32,000 nt of DNA. It comes from Synechocystis sp. PCC 6803 substr. PCC-P (GTDB taxonomy: Bacteria > Cyanobacteriota > Cyanobacteriia > Cyanobacteriales > Microcystaceae). The notes below the pieces were generated by a model, which made no database searches, was not told the DNA's origin, and saw only the letters and a program-made list of their open reading frames with translations. The number at the start of each line of letters is the position of its first letter. The stretch's first letter is position 1. A program made the translations under genes and the position numbers. Where the stretch lies: the NCBI RefSeq assembly GCF_000284455.1, contig NC_017039.1, forward strand, positions 3,420,001-3,452,000, given 5' to 3'. Below are positions 1 through 9,865 of this stretch, piece after piece.

Positions 1-1025
1 TCTGTGCGGTGTTGCCCAATGCCACCACCGTTATGTTGTTAGCGCCCTTAATTCCCCCCTTAGCCCAGGAAATTGGTGTAGATTTTGTGCCTATCTTGAT
101 TCTGATGGTCTTTGTAGCTAACAGTGCTGGGTTATTAACATTGGTGGGGGATCCCGCCACCTTTATTGTCGGTGATGCCATTAATATTAGTTTTAATGAT
201 TATTTATTTAAGCTCAGCTTCATGGGAGTTTTAGCCATTGTTAGCATTGTGGTTATTACTCCTTTTTTGTTCCGACATATTTGGCGCAGTCGTTTCACTC
301 ATTTAGAGGATTTACCCCATCCTCAAATCAACCACCCGAAGGTATTAATGGCGGGGGGGGTTATTATCACTTTAGTGCTGATTTTTTTCGTTATTGGAGA
401 AAGTCTGCCCGTTCCTATTCCGCCGGCCTCAGTAGCTTTGATGGGAGCTTGTTTGGCATTACTCCTCGCTAGCCAGAGCAAAATTGACACTGTCCATAAT
501 ATTTTACGGGACGTGGATTGGAGCACTCTCATCTTTTTTATGTCTATCTTTGTCATTATTGGCTCTTTAGAAAAAACCGGAGTGACCGCGTCCCTTGCCC
601 AACTTTTGGCAGTGGTGGTGGGACAAAATATCGCCTTTGGGGCGATTGTTTTAGTATTTACAGTGGGGTTGTTATCCAGTGTGGTGCCCAATATTCCCCT
701 AGTAGTGGCCATGGTGCCCCTGCTCAAGCAATATGTGGTCAATATCGGCTTTGCCGGACCAGAAATATTGGGTGCAAACTTTGATGGACAATTGCCGGCG
801 GAGGTATTGCCTTTGTTTTATGCCATGATGTTTGGCGCTACCCTGGGGGGCAATGGCACTTTGGTGGGAGCTTCTTCTAATATTGTGGCGGCGGGCATTT
901 CCGAACAACACGGCCGACCAATTTCTTTCCATCGTTTTCTCCGCTATGGTTTGCCGGTGATGGCGGTGCAGTTGGTGGTAGCGGCTTTATTTGTGGCTTG
1001 GTTAATGTTTACCCAACAGGGTTAA
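1..1025 (+). CDS. ArsB/NhaD-superfamily (P-protein/citrate-transporter-like) permease, 5'-truncated at window edge
   Basis: The frame is open to the window start (codon phase 3,6,9...). The product is very hydrophobic and multi-TM with Gly/Pro-rich helices typical of ArsB/NhaD/CitMHS permeases. Stop TAA at 1023-1025. Confidence 0.6.
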   Translation, partial: CAVLPNATTVMLLAPLIPPLAQEIGVDFVPILILMVFVANSAGLLTLVGDPATFIVGDAINISFNDYLFKLSFMGVLAIVSIVVITPFLFRHIWRSRFTHLEDLPHPQINHPKVLMAGGVIITLVLIFFVIGESLPVPIPPASVALMGACLALLLASQSKIDTVHNILRDVDWSTLIFFMSIFVIIGSLEKTGVTASLAQLLAVVVGQNIAFGAIVLVFTVGLLSSVVPNIPLVVAMVPLLKQYVVNIGFAGPEILGANFDGQLPAEVLPLFYAMMFGATLGGNGTLVGASSNIVAAGISEQHGRPISFHRFLRYGLPVMAVQLVVAALFVAWLMFTQQG

Positions 1026-1037
1026 AAATAAGAAAGC

Positions 1038-1292
1038 TTAATTGGACTTTGCCTGGGAATTGGGTGAATGATCTAGCTCCATGGCGATCGCCTGACGCAC
1101 CAAACGGGGATAGGCCAGGAGAAAGTACCACCACCAGAGGGCAATGGCAGCGGCCACAGGTAAGGACAACCACCATCGGTGGAACAGCAACCAACTAGAG
1201 GCAATAATTACTGACCCAGTGAGCAAAATTGTCCAAGGCTGACACCAACGGGGCTTATCTGACCAAACGTTATAACCTTCAGGATTACTCAT
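1038..1292 (-). CDS. Small (84 aa) two-TM Trp-rich membrane protein, function unknown
   Basis: ATG start. Two clear hydrophobic helices. Lies 18 nt downstream of the methyltransferase gene and is co-directional with it. No family recognised. Confidence 0.4.
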   Translation of the reverse strand: MSNPEGYNVWSDKPRWCQPWTILLTGSVIIASSWLLFHRWWLSLPVAAAIALWWWYFLLAYPRLVRQAIAMELDHSPNSQAKSN

Positions 1293-1310
1293 GTTTTTTT
1301 TCGATTAATT

Positions 1311-2168
1311 TTAATAATTTTTGATCATTAACTCTTTACCTTTGGAAGCTTTGTCTTGTTTGTAATTGTTCATCCCATATTGTAAATCCCATTCAATAAT
1401 CTGGGCAAAACTAAATAATTTTCTGATTTCCTCGGAATCATCATAGGTAATCAGCCATTTATGAGAACAATTTTCCATCACTTCAGCAAATCTTTGATGA
1501 CCAAAAGAAGTGTGTAAATCCCCCTTTTTACCATAGAGTTTCGATTTAGTCGCGCTCAGATAGGGAGGATCAAGAAAAATAAACACGTTCTCTCCTGGCT
1601 GTTCAATTAATTGTTGATAATCCCCATTGGTAACAGTCGTATTAGCTAACATTGTTCCCAGAGTTTTTAATCTATCAATGGAAGAATCGGTAAAACGTTT
1701 TTCAAACGCCTGTTGAGAATAGCCTCCAGATTCCACCGTGCCAGAAAAAGTAATGCGATTCAGCACAAAAAAACGCACTGCCCGCTGGAATTCGTCCAAC
1801 TCTAACCCTTCTTTTGTTAAGTTGGCAAAAAGTTCTCTCCCGTCGGTTTGGTGTTGTTTAATTACTGTGACTGCATCAGTTAGCCGTTCAATTTCCTCCT
1901 GGGCGTATTTCCAGAAACAATATAAATCAAAATTTAAGTCGTTAATCCAATACTTATTAATGTGCTGACCAAAAATTTGCTTGATGGCTAAAAAGACAGA
2001 GCCTCCACCGATAAAAGGTTCCCGATACTCTTTGATTTGAGTAGGAACATGGGGCAAAATTTGTCTCAGGGCTTTGGATTTTCCGCCGGGATAACGGAGA
2101 GGACTTTTAACTTGGTCCCCTTTGGGCGCAGAATTTGCTGATTTATTTATTTCCCCGGTTTCCTCCAT
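1311..2168 (-). CDS. D12-class (Dam-like) DNA amino-methyltransferase, orphan
   Basis: N-terminal ...SPLRYPGGKSK... motif and catalytic DPPY (..FLDPPYLSATK..) are typical of the Dam/D12 family. ATG start at 2166-2168. No endonuclease gene is adjacent. Confidence 0.85.
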   Translation of the reverse strand: MEETGEINKSANSAPKGDQVKSPLRYPGGKSKALRQILPHVPTQIKEYREPFIGGGSVFLAIKQIFGQHINKYWINDLNFDLYCFWKYAQEEIERLTDAVTVIKQHQTDGRELFANLTKEGLELDEFQRAVRFFVLNRITFSGTVESGGYSQQAFEKRFTDSSIDRLKTLGTMLANTTVTNGDYQQLIEQPGENVFIFLDPPYLSATKSKLYGKKGDLHTSFGHQRFAEVMENCSHKWLITYDDSEEIRKLFSFAQIIEWDLQYGMNNYKQDKASKGKELMIKNY

Positions 2169-2181
2169 AGTTCTATTCGTC

Positions 2182-3162
2182 TTACACCGCCGTTTCTAAA
2201 AATTGACCCAAATGCCGGAATTTGTCGTACCGCAATTGTTTGCGTTCCTGGGGAGTTAATTGAGCCAAGGTATTGAGATGGAACAATAAAGCTTCCTTCA
2301 ACTTAGCAGCGGCTCCCAATGGATTGGCGTGGGCGGCCCCCTTCGGCTCGGGAATAATCCCATCAATGATTTGTAACTTCGCTAAATCATCGGCGGTAAT
2401 TTTCAAGGCGATCGCCGCTTTGTCGGACTTTTTCGCATCCTTCCAAAGAATAGCCGCACAGGCCTCTGGAGTAGCCACGGTGTACACCGCATTTTCCAGC
2501 ATCAATACCCGATCGCCAACGCCAATACCCAATGCACCCCCGGAGCCCCCCTCCCCGATCACTGTGCAGAGAATGGGGACATCTAACCGAAACATTTCCC
2601 GCAAATTAACGGCGATCGCCTCCCCTTGGCCCAACTTTTCTGCATCGATGCCGGCCCAAGCTCCAGGGGTATCAATAAAAGTAATAATAGGCATACCAAA
2701 ACGATCAGCGTGTTCCATCAACCGCAGAGCCTTCCGGTAACCATTGGGGGCCGCCATACCAAAATTGCGAGCCACATTATCCTTGGTATCCCTTCCCTTT
2801 TGATGGCCCATAATCACCACAGGTCGAGTCCCCAAGCGGGCCACTCCCCCCACCAAAGCCGGATCGTCATAACCTCCTCGATCGCCGTGCATTTCAAACC
2901 AATCATCCGCAATGGCTTGGATATAATCCAACGTACTAGGACGGCGGGGATGGCGGGCCAACTGTAACCGCTGGGAAGGATTGAGATTGCTAAAAATTTC
3001 CTGACGCAACTGTTCAGCCCGACTTTCTAGTTGACTGAGCTGTTCGGACACGTCCACATTTTTTTCCTCGGCTAGTTCCCGGATTTGATTGATTTTTTCC
3101 TCTAGCTCATAGAGGGGCTTTTCAAAATCCAGCAGAAAAACACGACGCTCACTTTTACTCAT
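2182..3162 (-). CDS. accA: Acetyl-CoA carboxylase carboxyltransferase alpha subunit
   Basis: 326 aa. Strong AccA signature throughout (..[12 protein letters not shown].., ..[11 protein letters not shown].., ..[11 protein letters not shown].., ..[12 protein letters not shown]..). Confidence 0.95.
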   Translation of the reverse strand: MSKSERRVFLLDFEKPLYELEEKINQIRELAEEKNVDVSEQLSQLESRAEQLRQEIFSNLNPSQRLQLARHPRRPSTLDYIQAIADDWFEMHGDRGGYDDPALVGGVARLGTRPVVIMGHQKGRDTKDNVARNFGMAAPNGYRKALRLMEHADRFGMPIITFIDTPGAWAGIDAEKLGQGEAIAVNLREMFRLDVPILCTVIGEGGSGGALGIGVGDRVLMLENAVYTVATPEACAAILWKDAKKSDKAAIALKITADDLAKLQIIDGIIPEPKGAAHANPLGAAAKLKEALLFHLNTLAQLTPQERKQLRYDKFRHLGQFLETAV

Positions 3163-3174
3163 AACTAGGGATGG

Positions 3175-3230
3175 ATTAGCCGGGCTAAGGGTGAAGGATT
3201 TTTCCAGCGTATCAAAAAGCCGTGACTTTA
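3175..3230. repeat. 56-bp direct repeat, copy 1 (flanks hicBA module)
   Basis: attagccgggctaagggtgaaggatttttccagcgtatcaaaaagccgtgacttta is 54/56 identical to 3938-3993. It contains the inverted repeat ttagcc-g-ggctaa. Confidence 0.9.
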
Positions 3231-3417
3231 CCTAAATCGACCAGCATTGAAATTATTCTCAAGACGAGAAAAGACTACTTCGGTCATCACCGTGGTAGTC
3301 GTCGCATTTAGCAATGGTTAATTTGGCTCTATCTAGCACCACCCAGGGACAAATGAAAGACCCAATCGGAGCACGCTGCAGGGTATGCACAACCCATTTC
3401 TAGATTAACAAGGCATC

Positions 3418-3645
3418 TCAAAGCTGCCCAATAAATTCATTGACGGAAACTCTGGCTTGCTTGAGAACGCCACTTAAAGTACCCACCTTTAGTTCTCGAT
3501 GCAAAGGGACAACACAGCCAATATTTCCCTCAGTTGTTACTTTTTGCATCACCACATGGCTCCCCGTTTGTCGAACCACTTCAAATCCCAGTTTTTCAAG
3601 CACTCGAATTACTTCTCGACTAGAGATTCGCGGTAACTTAGGCAT
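3418..3645 (-). CDS. hicA: HicA-family mRNA-interferase toxin
   Basis: 75 aa. MPKLPRISSREVIRVLEKLGF...GSHVV.. is the YcfA/HicA signature. The start overlaps the hicB stop by 8 nt. Confidence 0.8.
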   Translation of the reverse strand: MPKLPRISSREVIRVLEKLGFEVVRQTGSHVVMQKVTTEGNIGCVVPLHRELKVGTLSGVLKQARVSVNEFIGQL

Positions 3646-3847
3646 AACTCACTTCAATACTCGTTACAAATCTAGGTGATGTTTCCGGCAGTGGGAATTC
3701 CTGAAGATAGAGTTGCGTTGCTTCTTGTAGTCCTGCTATGGCCTGTTCGATGGTTTCTCCCTGATCGACTGTGCCTACTTCTGGGCACTCCGCAATGTAC
3801 ATCTCCTCTTCCTTATAGATAATTGCGGTAAAAGTACGATTCTTCAT
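3638..3847 (-). CDS. hicB: HicB-like antitoxin (short, N-terminal UPF0150 fold only)
   Basis: 69 aa. The pattern ..YIAECPEV..VDQGETIEQAI..L.E is typical of HicB/UPF0150. Translationally coupled to hicA. Confidence 0.7.
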   Translation of the reverse strand: MKNRTFTAIIYKEEEMYIAECPEVGTVDQGETIEQAIAGLQEATQLYLQEFPLPETSPRFVTSIEVSYA

Positions 3848-3937
3848 GCTGACTCTACCCTGATAATTTTTTTATAAACGTTATCATGATTTCCCCTTGG
3901 TGTTTCAGGGTCAACGGAGCAAGCCAAGTCCTTGCCA

Positions 3938-3993
3938 ATTAGCCGGGCTAAGGGTGATGGATTTTTCCAGCGTATCAAAAAGCTGTGACTTTA
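3938..3993. repeat. 56-bp direct repeat, copy 2
   Basis: 54/56 identity to 3175-3230, same orientation. The two copies bracket 707 bp containing only hicB-hicA. Confidence 0.9.
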
Positions 3994-4399
3994 ATGCCGT
4001 CGTTGAGCCAACCTACTGGAGGGAAACCCCCAGGCTGGCCATAAACCCCATCGCCCAGAAAGACTGGCTCAGCCTGGCTTGGCCCGTTGTCAATGCCATG
4101 TAAAACAGGGGGCGAACCGCACTAAAAAGTAAAGCTAAAGATAAACAAAAGATTAAGGTCAAAAGCGTGACATTGCCGGTATGCCATCCGTAAAATAGGG
4201 GAGATTGTATTTTTTGTTACGGTTATACGGTTTTTCCCCCTTCCCTTAGACAGATTTTGCCCCTAAATTGTTAAAGGTTTTTGCACCGGTCGTCAAAATT
4301 ACTACTATTTTGGGCTTTGTCCAGCCCCTAGCCTGCTCTGTTACCCCAGTTCCGTAGATATTGGCTTTTTATACACTGTCCATTTCCGGTTGAAGCACT

Positions 4400-4657
4400 A
4401 TGGTCATTTCCTCACCCCTCCACCAAGAAACAGTTTTTTCCCTCGAAGTCATTCGCTCCACCGCCAGTGAACTGGTCCGCCAAAATCGCCTCGATCGCCA
4501 GCAACCCATCTATACCCTTTGTCAATTCATCCCCGCCCGGCAGTGGCTAGCCGTAGAAAGGGAATTGGAAATGCACGATTACCTTTTGCGAGACCACATC
4601 ATCGATTTAATGAATTGTGAAGCTTGGGACTTTCAGGATCCAGACGGTTGTGCCTAG
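4400..4657 (+). CDS. Hypothetical 85-aa protein
   Basis: ATG-initiated ORF with host-like composition in an otherwise empty interval. No recognisable domain. Confidence 0.3.
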   Translation: MVISSPLHQETVFSLEVIRSTASELVRQNRLDRQQPIYTLCQFIPARQWLAVERELEMHDYLLRDHIIDLMNCEAWDFQDPDGCA

Positions 4658-5026
4658 GGAACAGGGTTTTTCTTGGTAAGGATGTCAAAAATGATTCTTG
4701 GGCTACCTTGGTTAGTCTGCCAAGACCTAAGTCGTACGTAAATTAATATACCGACGGGAGTCCCTCCCCCTGCCCGCTTGGGGCCAACCGCTTCAGCCCA
4801 AACAGTGTCACCATCCCATGGCGATCGCCACGGCTGAGCCGAGATGGGCAAATTTAGCTACTTTTTCGCCAAATCAAGTATTCTGGGGTGGCACTGGTGA
4901 TTGCCCCAATTCCCTAGGGGTTAACAATTGCGCTAAACTAACCTCAGCTATTATTTTTATTTCTAACTTCTATTCTATTTCTTAGCATTATCGCTAGTTA
5001 TTTTTATTTTTACGATTTAACTTTAT

Positions 5027-5584
5027 ATGTCAATTCATAGTGGTATTCCTTTCCGCAGGGATCGTTTGTCTATCTTTGTGGATGGGAATAATATGTTTTA
5101 TGCACAACAGAAAAATGGGTGGTTTTTTGACCCCAGAAGGGTATTATCTTTCTTCACTGAAGATCCATCTGTAAAACTCGTCAATGCATTTTGGTACACT
5201 GGTTTAAAAGATACCCAAGATCAAAGGGGTTTCCGTGATGCCCTTATAAGTTTAGGTTACACCGTCAGAACTAAAATTCTTAAGGAATATTATGACGACA
5301 TTTCCGGCAAATATTCCCAAAAAGCTAATCTAGATATTGAAATTGTGGTGGACATGTTTAACACCGTAGATCAATATGATCGGGTGGTTTTGTTCAGTGG
5401 TGACGGCGATTTTGAACGGGCGATCGAACTCTTAAGATCAAAAAGTACCCACATAACTGTAGTTTCCACCGAAGGCATGATTGCTAGGGAATTACGAAAT
5501 GCCACCGATCGTTATATTGATCTCAATGACATCAGGCCAGCCATTGAGAAACAGGATTTTTATAGCACTGAACAAACTGCCTAG
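5027..5584 (+). CDS. NYN-domain (LabA/DUF88-like) putative RNase
   Basis: 185 aa. ..IFVDGNNMFYAQ.. and ..LFSGDGDFERAIELLR.. match the NYN/LabA-like PIN-type nuclease motifs. Preceded by an AT-rich low-complexity promoter region. Confidence 0.75.
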   Translation: MSIHSGIPFRRDRLSIFVDGNNMFYAQQKNGWFFDPRRVLSFFTEDPSVKLVNAFWYTGLKDTQDQRGFRDALISLGYTVRTKILKEYYDDISGKYSQKANLDIEIVVDMFNTVDQYDRVVLFSGDGDFERAIELLRSKSTHITVVSTEGMIARELRNATDRYIDLNDIRPAIEKQDFYSTEQTA

Positions 5585-5605
5585 TAAAATAGACCAAGGA
5601 AAAAA

Positions 5606-5815
5606 ATGAACAAGCAAGAATTTTATGTTCTTATTGAAAGGGATGAAGATGGTATTTACATAGGTGAAGTCCCACAACTTAAAGCTTGCTACAGTCAGGG
5701 GGAGACCATTGATGAGCTTATGCAAAATATTCGTGAGGTTATCGAATTATGTCTTGAAGAGATTGAATTGGAATCTACTTCTGAGTTTATCGGCATCCAA
5801 AAAGTGGTGGTCTGA
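5606..5815 (+). CDS. hicB: HicB-like antitoxin (short form)
   Basis: 69 aa. ..IYIGEVPQLKACYSQGETIDELMQNIREVIE.. Starts 21 nt after the NYN gene. Its stop overlaps the hicA start (TGATG). Confidence 0.7.
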   Translation: MNKQEFYVLIERDEDGIYIGEVPQLKACYSQGETIDELMQNIREVIELCLEEIELESTSEFIGIQKVVV

Positions 5816-6042
5816 TGGCAAAGCTTCCTACTGTAACAAGCACTCAGCTCATAGTCGTACTTCAAAAACTTGGTTTTAAAGTTATTAGACAAAAAGGAAG
5901 TCACGTTCGTCTAAAAGATCAAGATAATCGAGTAGTGACCATTCCTATCCATGGCGGTAAAACTATTGGAAAAGGTTTATTGTTGAAAATCATCAGAGAC
6001 GCTGAAATAACCAAGGAAGAATTAATTCGCTTATTAGATTAA
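5815..6042 (+). CDS. hicA: HicA-family mRNA-interferase toxin
   Basis: 75 aa. MAKLPTVTSTQLIVVLQKLGFKVIRQKGSHVRL.. is the HicA signature. Confidence 0.8.
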   Translation: MAKLPTVTSTQLIVVLQKLGFKVIRQKGSHVRLKDQDNRVVTIPIHGGKTIGKGLLLKIIRDAEITKEELIRLLD

Positions 6043-6104
6043 TTTCTAAATCTAGAAAATATAGCAAGAAGCGAGATAGTTAGAATAGCTCTCTTAGCCC
6101 GATT

Positions 6105-7847
6105 TTACTTGCGGTTAATAAGACAATTAAAGCGTTGATAGGGATAGCCAAAGATATTTTCTTTCGGACTTTGATCTATTTGGCAATCGGGAAAATCTAG
6201 GGGAGCAAAATAATTAACCAGCCATAAATCTACTGGTTGTTCCGCCTGTTTCAATAAATTCTGTAGCTGTTCTGTGGCAACGGGATCTTGTAATTTTTCC
6301 TGGGGTAAAAAAACAAATCTTAGTTGGGGTACCAACTCAGGAAAATGGCGTTGAGCTTCCCAGGCAATGCCCAACAATTCACCTACCTGCACCAAGCTTT
6401 TATGGGTGGTGACAATCCAACGGGTTTCGCTGACAGGGTTTTCTGACAAGAGAGTTAAAAATTTATCAGGTCGATAATATTTCCGGTAAGCCAAGTTATG
6501 GGTGACAGTAACAGCACTCAAAATGCCAATTAACAAAATTATCATTGGTAAATAGAGGTCCCGGCGACTTTTTTGCCACCAATTTAATTGCCGCCATTGA
6601 CTATTTGATGGACCTAAATCAGCACTGCGGTGGAAATTTACCTGGGGATTTTTCCCTAGACCCACGCCAGCTATTAACATTAGTAAACTCCAAAAGTTGA
6701 AACTATACCTTGCTCCCCTGGTGATATCTAAACCAGCTCCGTAACTAATGGTCAGATAAATAACTATCAAAAAAATAAACGTGGTTACTAAAACTATCAC
6801 TCTTGTGTCTTTTTCTGTCTTGATACCATACCCTAAACCCTGCCATATCACCGGAGTTAACCAAATAAAATAAGCCAGCATTCCCAGGCCTGATAACAGT
6901 ACAATCCAGAGATGTTCGGACTCTACAGGCAGGAGACAAAACATAGTTATGCCAGCGGCGGCTAATTGGGCTGGGGGGCCAATTAGCATATCCACCCAGG
7001 ACATATTGGTAAATTGAATCCATTCGGTCATGCCATGGCCAAATTCCCGTTGACTAATAATGACAATCCAACTCAGACCAGCGGAGGCGGTGCCTAGTAT
7101 GACAGGCGTAAGGGATTGTAACGCTGATAAAAAATTAATCCTTCCCTGACGGCTCCAAATCCCCAACCACAGTGCTAGGGCTAAACCTTGGGCGAGGATG
7201 GGCAAAACGGCAAAAAAATGGACTGAAATACCTAGGGAATTAGCCAATATCCAGATAATAACTAAGGAAAAAGGTAAGGGTTTATTTTTTAATAAAAAAT
7301 TTAAGCTTTTTAAGCAACAAGTAATGGAAATTAAGCCCCAAATAATAGCAAAAGTATAATGGCGAGCTTCTTGACTAATGAAGATTCCATAGGGGGAAAT
7401 TGCCATCAGTAGGGCAGTAAACTGAGCTAATTTTTCTTGGTCTTTCCCCCAGATCCATTTGGCACAGCCATAGCCTAAAGGTATGGCTATGGTACCAAAA
7501 ATAACCGGTAATGATCGCCCGATCGCCAAGGATAAATAGTTGCCGTCGGGGGGAAATAATCGATACCAAAGATGGGCTAGGACAAAATAAAAGGGGGGAT
7601 GGTTATCGCCGTTTAATAAACCATTAATGACGGTATTTGGTTCTGATTGGGGTAGGGGTTGCAGAATGGTTAGGAGATCGGCAACGGTTAACACTTTGCC
7701 CAAGGGTATGCTCTCAAAAGAGTTGCCTAGGCTAAAGACCAAGGTGGCAAATTCATCGGTCCAAGGGGGTTTACTGGCCAAATTCCAACTGCGTAGCCCA
7801 GCGGCGATCACCATCCAAAGTAAAAGTAATAAAAAAGACCGTGGCAT
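6105..7847 (-). CDS. GT-C fold membrane glycosyltransferase (ArnT/PMT, GT39-like)
   Basis: About 12 TM helices. First-loop ..PPWTDEFAT.. (DE motif) is typical of ArnT/PMT-type enzymes. The ORF track starts at a TTG (7853), but ATG at 7845-7847 (MPRSFLL..) is more likely. Confidence 0.6.
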   Translation of the reverse strand: MPRSFLLLLLWMVIAAGLRSWNLASKPPWTDEFATLVFSLGNSFESIPLGKVLTVADLLTILQPLPQSEPNTVINGLLNGDNHPPFYFVLAHLWYRLFPPDGNYLSLAIGRSLPVIFGTIAIPLGYGCAKWIWGKDQEKLAQFTALLMAISPYGIFISQEARHYTFAIIWGLISITCCLKSLNFLLKNKPLPFSLVIIWILANSLGISVHFFAVLPILAQGLALALWLGIWSRQGRINFLSALQSLTPVILGTASAGLSWIVIISQREFGHGMTEWIQFTNMSWVDMLIGPPAQLAAAGITMFCLLPVESEHLWIVLLSGLGMLAYFIWLTPVIWQGLGYGIKTEKDTRVIVLVTTFIFLIVIYLTISYGAGLDITRGARYSFNFWSLLMLIAGVGLGKNPQVNFHRSADLGPSNSQWRQLNWWQKSRRDLYLPMIILLIGILSAVTVTHNLAYRKYYRPDKFLTLLSENPVSETRWIVTTHKSLVQVGELLGIAWEAQRHFPELVPQLRFVFLPQEKLQDPVATEQLQNLLKQAEQPVDLWLVNYFAPLDFPDCQIDQSPKENIFGYPYQRFNCLINRK

Positions 7848-7960
7848 AGGCAATTAACACAGGGGCAAAGACAGGGATTTTCCCCAACAGACGGACAATC
7901 CCCCCAGCGTTTAAGTTACCGGGGGGAAGGGGGAATTAGACGGAACATTGACCGGGTCGA

Positions 7961-9616
7961 TTAGCCCAAAGCCGAGGTAACAATGGCTTCCGCCTCCGTG
8001 AAAATAGCCTGGAGATGGGCTTCGTCTTTGAAACTTTCGGCATAGATTTTGTAAACATTTTCCGTGCCGGAGGGCCGGGCCGCAAACCAACCTTCCGCAG
8101 TGGTCACCTTCAACCCACCGATCGCCGCTTGGTTGCCAGGGGCTTTGGTTAATTTAGCAGTAATGGCATCCCCAGCTAAGGAGGTAGCTGTAACGTCATC
8201 GGGGGACAGTTTTTTCAAGCGGTCTTTTTGGGCCGGAGTGGCGGGGGCATCAATGCGTTGGTAAATGGGATTACCTAACTTAGCGGTCAAATCCTGGTAA
8301 TGGAGGCCGGGATCTTTGCCGGTTTTAGCGGTGATTTCCGCCGCCAATAAATCCATAATGGTGCCATCTTTGTCGGTGGTCCAAACGGTGCCATTTTTTT
8401 TCAAAAACGAAGCCCCGGCACTTTCTTCACCCCCAAAGCCAAAGGAACCATCTAGCAAACCGCTGACAAACCATTTAAAGCCCACGGGCACTTCGTAAAC
8501 TTGGCGATTAATCATGGCCCCCACCCGGTCAATCATGCTGCTGCTGACTAGGGTTTTGCCGATCGCCGACAGCCCTGACCACTGTTGCCGCTGACTAAAC
8601 AAATACCAAATGGCCACGGAAAGAAAATGATTGGGATTCATCAAACCCACGCTGGGGGTGACAATGCCATGGCGATCGCCGTCGGTGTCGTTGCCAAAGG
8701 CAATGTCGTAATGGTCTTTGATTTTCACCAAACTGGCCATGGCGTAGGGGGAAGAACAATCCATGCGGATTTTGCCGTCCCAATCCAGGGTCATAAATTT
8801 AAACGTGGGATCTACCCCGGGATTAACCAAGCTGATGTTCAAATTGTATTTAGCGGCAATGGGTTCCCAATAGCCCACATTGGCTCCCCCCAGGGGGTCA
8901 ACTCCCAAGCGCAAGCCCGCTGAACGAATTACATCCAAGTCAATGATGTCCGCCAGACCGGCCACATAGGGAGTGACAAAATCATGGGCATGGGTGGTGG
9001 TGGCTTTTAATGCCTGCTCGTAATCCAGCCGTTTAACTGTTTTATTGCCATTTTTCAGCAACTCATTGGCCCGGTTCTGAATCCATTGGGTCGCTTCCGG
9101 TTCCGCCGGGCCACCGGAGGGGGGATTATATTTAAAGCCTCCATCAGTGGGGGGATTGTGGGAAGGGGTAATAATAATGCCGTCCGCTAAACCTTCTTTA
9201 CGTCCCTGGTTGTGGGTCAAAATGGCGTAGGATACCGCCGGAGTGGGGGTGAAACGGGTTAAATCCGTGGCGGTGGTTAAAAAAGTTTCTACTTGGTTAG
9301 CGGCCAACACTTCCAACGCCGTTTTCTGGGCTGGTTCCGACAGAGCATGGCTATCCATCCCCATATAAAGGGGCCCCGTAATGCCCTGGGCTTGGCGATA
9401 GTCCACCACTGCCTGGGTCACCGCCAAAATATGGGCTTCATTAAAAGTACCGTTGAGGGCAGAACCCCGATGGCCAGAGGTACCAAAGCTCACTAACTGG
9501 GCGGGATTTTCCGGGTCCGGTTGCTGACGGTAATAGTCGTCTAAAAGTTTGGCCACATCCAAAAGGCTGTCGGCGGGGGGATGCTGGCCGGCGAGGGGAT
9601 TAATTCTGCTTGTCAT
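7961..9616 (-). CDS. pgm: Phosphoglucomutase (alpha-D-phosphohexomutase family)
   Basis: Active-site ..[19 protein letters not shown].., ..[11 protein letters not shown].. (metal loop) and ..GGEESAG.. The likely start is ATG at 9614-9616 ([11 protein letters not shown]..) rather than the longer ORF-track start at 9679. Confidence 0.9.
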   Translation of the reverse strand: MTSRINPLAGQHPPADSLLDVAKLLDDYYRQQPDPENPAQLVSFGTSGHRGSALNGTFNEAHILAVTQAVVDYRQAQGITGPLYMGMDSHALSEPAQKTALEVLAANQVETFLTTATDLTRFTPTPAVSYAILTHNQGRKEGLADGIIITPSHNPPTDGGFKYNPPSGGPAEPEATQWIQNRANELLKNGNKTVKRLDYEQALKATTTHAHDFVTPYVAGLADIIDLDVIRSAGLRLGVDPLGGANVGYWEPIAAKYNLNISLVNPGVDPTFKFMTLDWDGKIRMDCSSPYAMASLVKIKDHYDIAFGNDTDGDRHGIVTPSVGLMNPNHFLSVAIWYLFSQRQQWSGLSAIGKTLVSSSMIDRVGAMINRQVYEVPVGFKWFVSGLLDGSFGFGGEESAGASFLKKNGTVWTTDKDGTIMDLLAAEITAKTGKDPGLHYQDLTAKLGNPIYQRIDAPATPAQKDRLKKLSPDDVTATSLAGDAITAKLTKAPGNQAAIGGLKVTTAEGWFAARPSGTENVYKIYAESFKDEAHLQAIFTEAEAIVTSALG

Positions 9617-9865
9617 ATACAAAAATTGTAAAAAATGGAGGGCGGCGATCAGGGGCTTAGACACCCAAATCCTAGCCAAAAAGGGTTAACTAGCCAAGGG
9701 CTATCCATGGGCAAAGAGATAAAAGAAAAAGTCTCCAAATCCCTGGTCATAGAGAAAAAATTGCCAAAGTTACCCCAGGCCATACACGGCCCAGCGCCAA
9801 GATGGGGAGCACAAATTCAAACTTTGTAAACAGGCCGGAAGCTATCCGGCCAAGGAGCACTCAGA

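Noticed and set aside
281-932. Overlapping or antisense ORFs inside the permease gene (281-472, 323-742, 518-784, 699-932)
   Set aside because: They are nested in a long, clearly coding hydrophobic frame. Their products are low-complexity or Arg/Gly/Ser-rich, as expected from off-frame translation.
3897-4103. 68-aa plus-strand ORF overlapping repeat copy 2
   Set aside because: No recognisable fold and no RBS. It spans the 56-bp repeat, which argues that it is non-coding.
4654-4851. 65-aa minus-strand ORF
   Set aside because: Gly/Pro/Arg/Trp-rich product with no start context. It contains a HIP1 site and is likely intergenic.
9617-9829. N-terminal extension of pgm (to 9679) and the 64-aa plus-strand ORF 9635-9829
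   Set aside because: The pgm homology begins at [11 protein letters not shown] (ATG 9614-9616). The extension and the opposite-strand ORF have no support.
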